This document shows, in pieces, positions 57,134-64,000 of a DNA stretch of 64,000 nt (positions are counted from its first letter, which is position 1; every line of letters begins with the position of its first letter). The position numbers and the translations under genes are program-made. The notes beneath the pieces were generated by a model that worked only from the letters and a program-made list of their open reading frames with translations, was not told the origin of the DNA and did no database searches. The DNA is from Craspedostauros australis (taxonomy: Eukaryota): contig JALAGF010000414.1 of the NCBI GenBank assembly GCA_030167865.1, positions 1-64,000 of the forward strand, read 5' to 3'.

Positions 57134-60108
57134 TATTGGAGCGTGAGCGAAAACGGACATCGAATCAAACAGGTCGAAGATGTCACGCTGAGCGCAGAAA
57201 GCGCGAGAGCACAAGCAACACAGAGGATGACTGATGAGAACAGGTCAGCCGCTGTCATCGACAAGAACAAGAACAAAGACAAGAGCAACAGCAGAAAAGC
57301 TCATAATCCCAATTAGGTTACACCATCAACATCATCATCTGTATCACCACATTCCGTTAGTTTATACGACCTCGAGAGCTCACTACGTTGTGCCACACCG
57401 ACGAGACCGCCGACGCCGCCGCCGCAGAGATTTGAGAGAGAAGGCACGGGCACGGGCACATTCTAATCCGGAAGGCAATCACGAGTTGAGGAGGGATTTC
57501 GCGTATGCAGAGAACAGAAGTGCGGACAGAAGAGAGAGAGAGAGAGAGAGAAGATGTCGCGATCCACTGGGATTAACACCGCGTCTGGGTTCCAGATGCC
57601 CAAAGAACCACCAGATAAAACAACAACGACGATTGCCTTCCTGACTGAGAGCATGGGTTTTAGCAGAGTGTTCATCGATTGTATGACATTCTTCACCAAG
57701 CGACAAGTCGACAAGGGATTGGAACTCAGCAGGGTCCTTGGGAACATGTGCCACATCGGTGGACGTGGCCCATCCATCATGGTGATGACGACCAGAGTAC
57801 CAGCCATGCTCATTCCGCTGTTACAGGACTTCGAACTGCTCATGTCCTTTGCAGAGTACATTGAGGTGCACAAAGACCTATCTGACATTCCAGACGGAGC
57901 ATCCATCCTTTGCGTCAAGACAGACATCCTTGACGTTGAAGACTTTGACAACTACGTGTCAGTACACCCACACCCAAAGATAGCAGTGCTTCACCAAGCT
58001 GTCAGGAAACAGCAGCCAAGGAATGCAGAGAACTGCATGGCATGGTATGGCATGGACGCCACCCAAGCAGCCGTCTACTCCAAGTTTGTCCAAGGAACCA
58101 TCGAGACGTTCGACGACCTCAAGACCACCATAAACAAAGAAACGAAGGCAGGATGTACTGCACCATCCATCAGCCAACGAGCAGGAATAGCCAAGTCACC
58201 AGAATGTGTGGTCCCTGCAATGCCTGCGGTAGTGGAGGTTCCAGAACTGCACAGCTCTCCAAGCTTTGATGACGTGGCAGCAACCATTTGTCGAACAAGT
58301 GCATCCATCCCCGACATGAATGCACCAGCTGATGCTGTTAGCAAGCACAGATGGCTGCACATGTGAAAAGCATGGAACACATCAACAACAAGCAAGGTCT
58401 GAAAGACCCTGATGAACAGCCATCGCCAATGCAACTACACACATTTGCATACGACTCCACAGACAAGTCCGTCAGTGGTACTGTATCTACTTCCGGTCGA
58501 TCCCAACAAACAGCTGAAGAGCTCAAGTGGGTGGTCTGGAAGACAAGGGCGAATACCGCCGCTACTGTACCCTTCAAGCAGAACTTTGTGTGCAAAAGGG
58601 CTGGACAACCGACCACCATATGCCCTGGCAAAACTGCCAGTGACTCAAGTGCGAATCCTCCGGATTGGGCATTGCCGCACTCCAAGGATTCAGGGGGAGA
58701 CCCACTGGCCACCATGATCGTGGCAACGCCAAGTGTTAACCACATCCCAAAGCTACAAGATACAGCAAAGAAGAAGAAACGGACAGGAGTCCAACAAGAT
58801 ACACTGCCAAGGCGATCTGCCAGACCGAGACAACTGAAACAACGAGCATTTGGACTACGGATGCTCCACGAAACTCTACACAAGGTCCTATTCCGTGGCA
58901 CTGACCAGGAACACATGAAGCTGAAAGTGTTGTGGGCAAGCAGTGGCAAGTCATGGTACCGACTTGACGGTGTGCAACTCGACGATCCGTTCATCATTGT
59001 AAAGTATGCGAGGGCCAGGAAGTTGCAACATCACCCATTCTTCAGGTGGACCAAACCACTGATGACGACAAACAAGGAACATCATCACACCCTTGCTGCA
59101 AATGCAACGAAGAAGACGAGCAAGAGAGGCACAAGAATCAAGACCGCCCTGTCAGCCAAGACATACATCAAGCGAGCTTGCACGCGCATCGAACGAGTGC
59201 TGACGAAGAAGCTGCGTCGTTGGGGAACACTCATGGCGGAATCCTACCATCCCGAAGCAGACAAGAGCGCATTGTTGTCTGGCATCGAGAGCAGCAAGTA
59301 CAGGACGTTGATTGGCTGCGCAAACTGGATTATCACCCTTGGGCGATATGACATTCAGTATGCTGTGATGGCCCTTGTGAGGTTCTCCATGTCTCCCCGA
59401 GCGGGACATCTGAAGGCAATGGAACATGTGTTTGGATACCTGAAGTGCCACAAACAGGGGTGACTTTTATGTGATCTAAACCCTCCAACACTACCAACAC
59501 CATCCATCGAGCTGTCAGAACAATGGAAGGAGTACTACCCTGATGCTGCTGAAGAACTACCAAGTTCCATGCCACCACCGAAGGGCAAGGCTGCACACAT
59601 GATGGTCTACGTAGACGCTGATCATGCTCACAATTTAGTGACCAGGAGATCCGTCACCAGGATAATCGTCAAGATCAATGGCATGGTGATACGAACTTTC
59701 TGAAAACGGCAACGAACAGTGGAGTCCTCGATCTACAGTTCAGAACTGGTCGCCGCACGTACCGCTGTGGACACCATCATTGAGCTGAGGAATGCGCTAT
59801 GCATGATGGGAGTCCCACTGGCCGGAGCAACGCGCATGTTCGGAGACAACAAATCCGTCATGTTGAACACCACAATCCCATCCAGTGTCCTCAAGAAGAA
59901 ACACTGCGGTATTGCATATCACAGAATCAGGGAAGCCATTGCAGCAGGGATACTGCAATTCGACCATATCGACTCGGCAATGAATGAAGCTGACATTCTC
60001 ACAAAGCCAGTGATGAAAACAGCATTCATCCAGCTGCGCCGCATGTCCCTATTCAGAAGACCCCCTCACATTTCCCCGGATACATATACGACCCGTGTGA
60101 GTCAATAG
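57134..60108 (+). mobile_element. Internally deleted, decayed Ty1/Copia (CoDi-like) LTR retrotransposon
   Basis: RT C-terminus (YHPEADKS...YRTLIGCANWIITLGRYDIQYAV..RF...PRAGHL) and RNase H (YVDADHA...TRRSVT...KRQRTVESS...SELVA...GDNKSV...LKKKH..IAYHRIREAIAAG); in-frame TGA at 59461 and 59701; putative 5' LTR 57134-57359. Confidence 0.85.
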
Positions 60109-61159
60109 CGGTGCGGTCCCTCCAGGATTCTTTGATTTTGGACCTTCAATTCAGATGAAACTTGGCACACATACACTTTAACATACTTAGATTCACAATT
60201 AGAGATTGAAGCTCCAGAGAGGTCGTACTTATAAAGTTATGAGATGATGAAGTTGGGCAGGCTACCTCTAATGGAGCCCACGATCTGTCGTGTTGTTTTT
60301 CTCGAGTTTGGGACTATCTCATGACATTTTGGTTTGTTCACGAGTTCGAGAATCTGTTTTTCGTTGGTTGGAGGCAAAACTTGATGCCGATTTCCGCATA
60401 GACGGGCAGACGGAAAATTATTGGGTACTCACAACGTGGTCAACTCGCGGTGTCAACGTGTGCAGCTGCCCAAACTGCTCTTCCCCTCCTCATTCTCGTT
60501 TCACTGCGTACAGGATTATGATGGTGAAGGCGGTACTTCCAATGGACAGGGGATAGTCGAGCTTTAAAGCTCCTGAAAGAGTGAGGCGACGATGGAGAAT
60601 GGGATTGACATCCTCAGTCTCGTGCATTACCGTGTTGTACTGTGGCGAATGTCCTTGTTCACATGTGTTCGATCTCAGTCGTTCAATTCAACCCTTGTCG
60701 AAGAAATCGTCCCAAGTCTTTGAAGGAAATCATTTATGAAGTATTGAAGTACATGTAGTCTTCTGGGTGGCAGTGAGTAAGCTGGAGAAGAAGCAATGGT
60801 GGAACCCCTTTAGTCGCCATCAATCCAAAGCGGGAGAGGCCATTTTAAATATTGGCTCGCGTAACCCCCATTAACGTTAATCGTGTTCCATGGCAACGAT
60901 CTACGCAATTTCGACTACTGAGAAATGTGAACGTTTGAAATTCAAATTTGAAATTTCCCGATGACTCTCGTATTTTATCATTGACATTTGTCAAACGTCA
61001 TCATCAGTATTCCTTGTCCAATCACTTCGTCTCATCATCATGACGTGTGTATGCGGGTGCACGGACAGACAGTAGCTGGTTTTCGCAAGGCCTCCAAACG
61101 CAACAAATTCAACGCATGGTTTGGTGGGAGGCGTTGGGTGGACCAACAGATTCGTCCCA

Positions 61160-61233
61160 NNNNNNNNNNNNNNNNNNNNNNNNNNNNNNNNNNNNNNNNN
61201 NNNNNNNNNNNNNNNNNNNNNNNNNNNNNNNNN
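61160..61233. other. Assembly gap (74 N)
   Basis: N run flanked on both sides by the same 15-mer AACAGATTCGTCCCA. Confidence 0.97.
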
Positions 61234-64000
61234 AACAGATTCGTCCCAACAACACCATCCACCACAGAAACTGAACAACAACGCAATTGCATCCAGCACA
61301 GCAAGTCAACCAGGGCCACAGGTCAACCTTATCATTAACAACGACTCCATTGTGGCCGTCGAAGATATGCTCAGTGTGTGCTGAGCAGAATGACACTGCG
61401 TAGTTCAGTATCGACAGCATCGTCGACGACCATGAGACACCACCATCTCATGAACACACCGGCGGAGTCATCTACCAAGCTACTCCACCAGCACCTACCG
61501 CAGCATTGTCAGCGGATGCAGCAACCATTGTCAACAATTTGTACCAACACACAAGGAATACAAGTATGGTTGAAGGGCAATGGTGGATCTGGAGCTGCAT
61601 CTCCTTGCACTTCCACTGCAGGCCAAATTCTCATCCTACATGATGTCAATGGGCAAAGGGCAGTGACGAGCAGTCAGCAATGCACAACGAGCTGCGAATG
61701 GCATGCATCAGGGCAACAACAACCTCAACAACACTGGCATCACAGCGGCAAGGACAATGCTCAGTGAGTTGGTGCATTCAGAGCCTTGTGGATGGCTGAG
61801 CATTGAGCCTGTGGAATGAACATCACAGTAGTCTTCAGAAGTTGTATATTNGGCTGATGGTCAATAGCAGAGCATCTGGCTGGAAGCAACTGATGGGCAG
61901 AGAGCACAGCATACAGTACAGATCTCATCAATGTATGTCGCAACAGACGGAGAGCACTACATCCCATCAAAAGCATGAAAGGCAACATCCGGCAAACACC
62001 AACACACATACTAATCACTGGCACCACACAGAATGAAGAGCGCAGACTGCTTCCTGAAGCAACCAACCGATGAGAAGACTGCATTCAGCAAGATCCAGGA
62101 ATATTGTTATTGATCAACAAGTAGTAGGCAGTTTCCAGAAGAAGCAAAAGGGCTTCCAACCACAGCCAATGAATTCCTACACGGCTCAATATCGAGAAGA
62201 GTATCTGGCTTCAACCAGGTACTAGTGGGTTAGTAGTGAGCACCACCACATGACATTTGGCAACCAGTAGTGAAGCAATGAAGNNCATTCAGAACGAGGA
62301 GCATCCAACCACAACCAAATCCACAGAGAAGATCCAACAGGAAGCAACCAGCAGCAGAAAAGGATCAAGCATCGAATACTCTGCAAAGTAATTGGAAACA
62401 ATCAAGAAACTACAAATCCCCAACACCAGAGTACCCAACAAAGAGCATAGTACATGCAGCAAAGTATCTCAAAACGATCAACAGATCACTCTGCATCATT
62501 TGGCAGAGAGCAGAGCCCACAGGTCACAGCTGCAGAGCCCACAGGGTACATAACAGAGAACACCTGACTGAGTTCTGTTGGCTGCAACCAACAAATCAGC
62601 AGAGTATTTGTTAACAATCACTTGTTCCAGTTTGATTTGTCATCACCTACATCAATGCCACTCATTGATCATTGTGCTCTAATTGATGTTGCTCCTCTGG
62701 CATCCCACGGAATGCTGTCTGATGCGGATGCGCGCCTGCACACACTACAGATTCTGCGTGGCTCAAATGTCAAACAGCATGAGCATCGTACGATCTACAA
62801 TTCCATCCACAAAATCCATTCCAAACTGTCGCCGCTCGCCGCTCCCAAACGCACGAACAAACCAACACAAACGAACGCAAATGAATGGGCAGACAAGTGA
62901 TCACTCCGCACAACAAACAAAATCCACAATTCAGCAGCGCAAACCAACCAACAGACAAACGACCAAATCCATGAATGGCAGAACACACAGAATGGACAAA
63001 CTGCTGCACCAATAGATGCCAACCAAACATACAATACCGCTCTTCGCATCCGAAGATCTTTTGCAGCAATGGTCAACTACTGTGCTCATCAGCCAGTCCC
63101 CCACAGCTGTCAATGCCATAAATGCCATCAACAACCAACCAAATCATCTTGCATGTCCAGCAAGAAATGGTGGAATGCATGGTACCATCAATGCATCGAA
63201 GCCATCATGCCATACCAAAGGATTCCCACCATGGCTAAATCACAAAGATCATCTGTGCCTGCGTTGTCCTCGAGAGTCCGTACCATTCCTCCCACACCAC
63301 TGCCACTGTTGCACACATGAAAGGATTGTTTGAGAACATATTCGTGGGATGCATGGAGTGCGCAGGGTACCTACTCGAGGAGCTCTGCAATGGCCATGCT
63401 GACAAGCAGTTCATGAAGAATGTTGCCAAGGACCCAGGCATCCTCGTCTGTGCCATCAGGTTGATTTGCGCCAACCTGGATGCAGTTCTTGTCTTCTCAT
63501 CCATCCAATCGTGGAGGCCATGCGCTTCCAGTACATGCGCTGGCTTGGACGTAAGTGTTGACTCACAACCGCAGTCGCAGCAACCCATCACCATCACTGT
63601 AGCAATTGCCCATCATGTGTTTGTGTGCTGCACTTCAAACACTTGCACACCAACACAATCACACCCATTCTCTCCTTTTCCTTTTCTCGTCATCCATACT
63701 TTTCATCCACTCCACATCATCCTGATGGGACCAAGTGCAATGCAATACACAATTGCAGGGCTTCCAGACAACCTCCAGTTCCTTGTCGCCACAGCCATGC
63801 AGCACACAACACACCGCACTCTTCACGCAGCACACAGTACACAGGCCTACTCGTAAGAACTACTTTGCCTCAATCAACACCAACTTCTGTCCATATGCTG
63901 GCATCGACCCAACTGTCGCTACAATCATGCACAAGCCAGGCGTTGATACCACCATGAACCTCATCAATTTCGCCCACTTTGTGGGAGCATCCTTTCAGAA

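Noticed and set aside
59461-59703. In-frame TGA codons in Copia pol as possible readthrough or Sec
   Set aside because: They are not at redox Cys positions and sit in a deleted, decayed element, so they are ordinary nonsense mutations.
61145-61248. 15-bp direct repeat flanking the N gap, resembling a target-site duplication
   Set aside because: Most likely overlapping contig ends, i.e. a scaffolding artefact.
63317-63856. 179-aa ORF near the window end
   Set aside because: No recognisable domain, located in a decayed region, and the C-terminal half reads like non-coding sequence.

Overview
This is eukaryotic nuclear DNA with GT-AG introns. It is most likely from a pennate diatom, inferred from DUF6824 genes, ASAF-type plastid presequences and a CoDi-like Copia remnant. 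About 3.7-56 kb is gene-dense and holds housekeeping, trafficking and lineage-specific genes: an SDR, glutathione peroxidase, U1A/U2B'', proteasome alpha5, RABL6-like, FAM136A-like, two DUF6824 genes, RPS29, G-alpha, V-ATPase d, AP-1 gamma, two methyltransferases, PCD-like, O-fucosyltransferase, epsilon-COP, a STAND ATPase-TPR protein and three tRNA genes. Both ends are decayed: an ankyrin-BTB gene broken by stops and frameshifts (0.6-2.8 kb), and Harbinger and Copia remnants plus an assembly gap (56.3-64 kb). The main highlights are an RPS29/uS14 that has lost three of its four zinc-binding cysteines, a membrane-anchored GPx split by an in-frame UGA at the catalytic position (selenocysteine), a DARPin-like variable ankyrin array, a stand-alone NLR-like STAND protein, and two repeat-domain proteins I could not name. 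All calls were made by eye without database searches.
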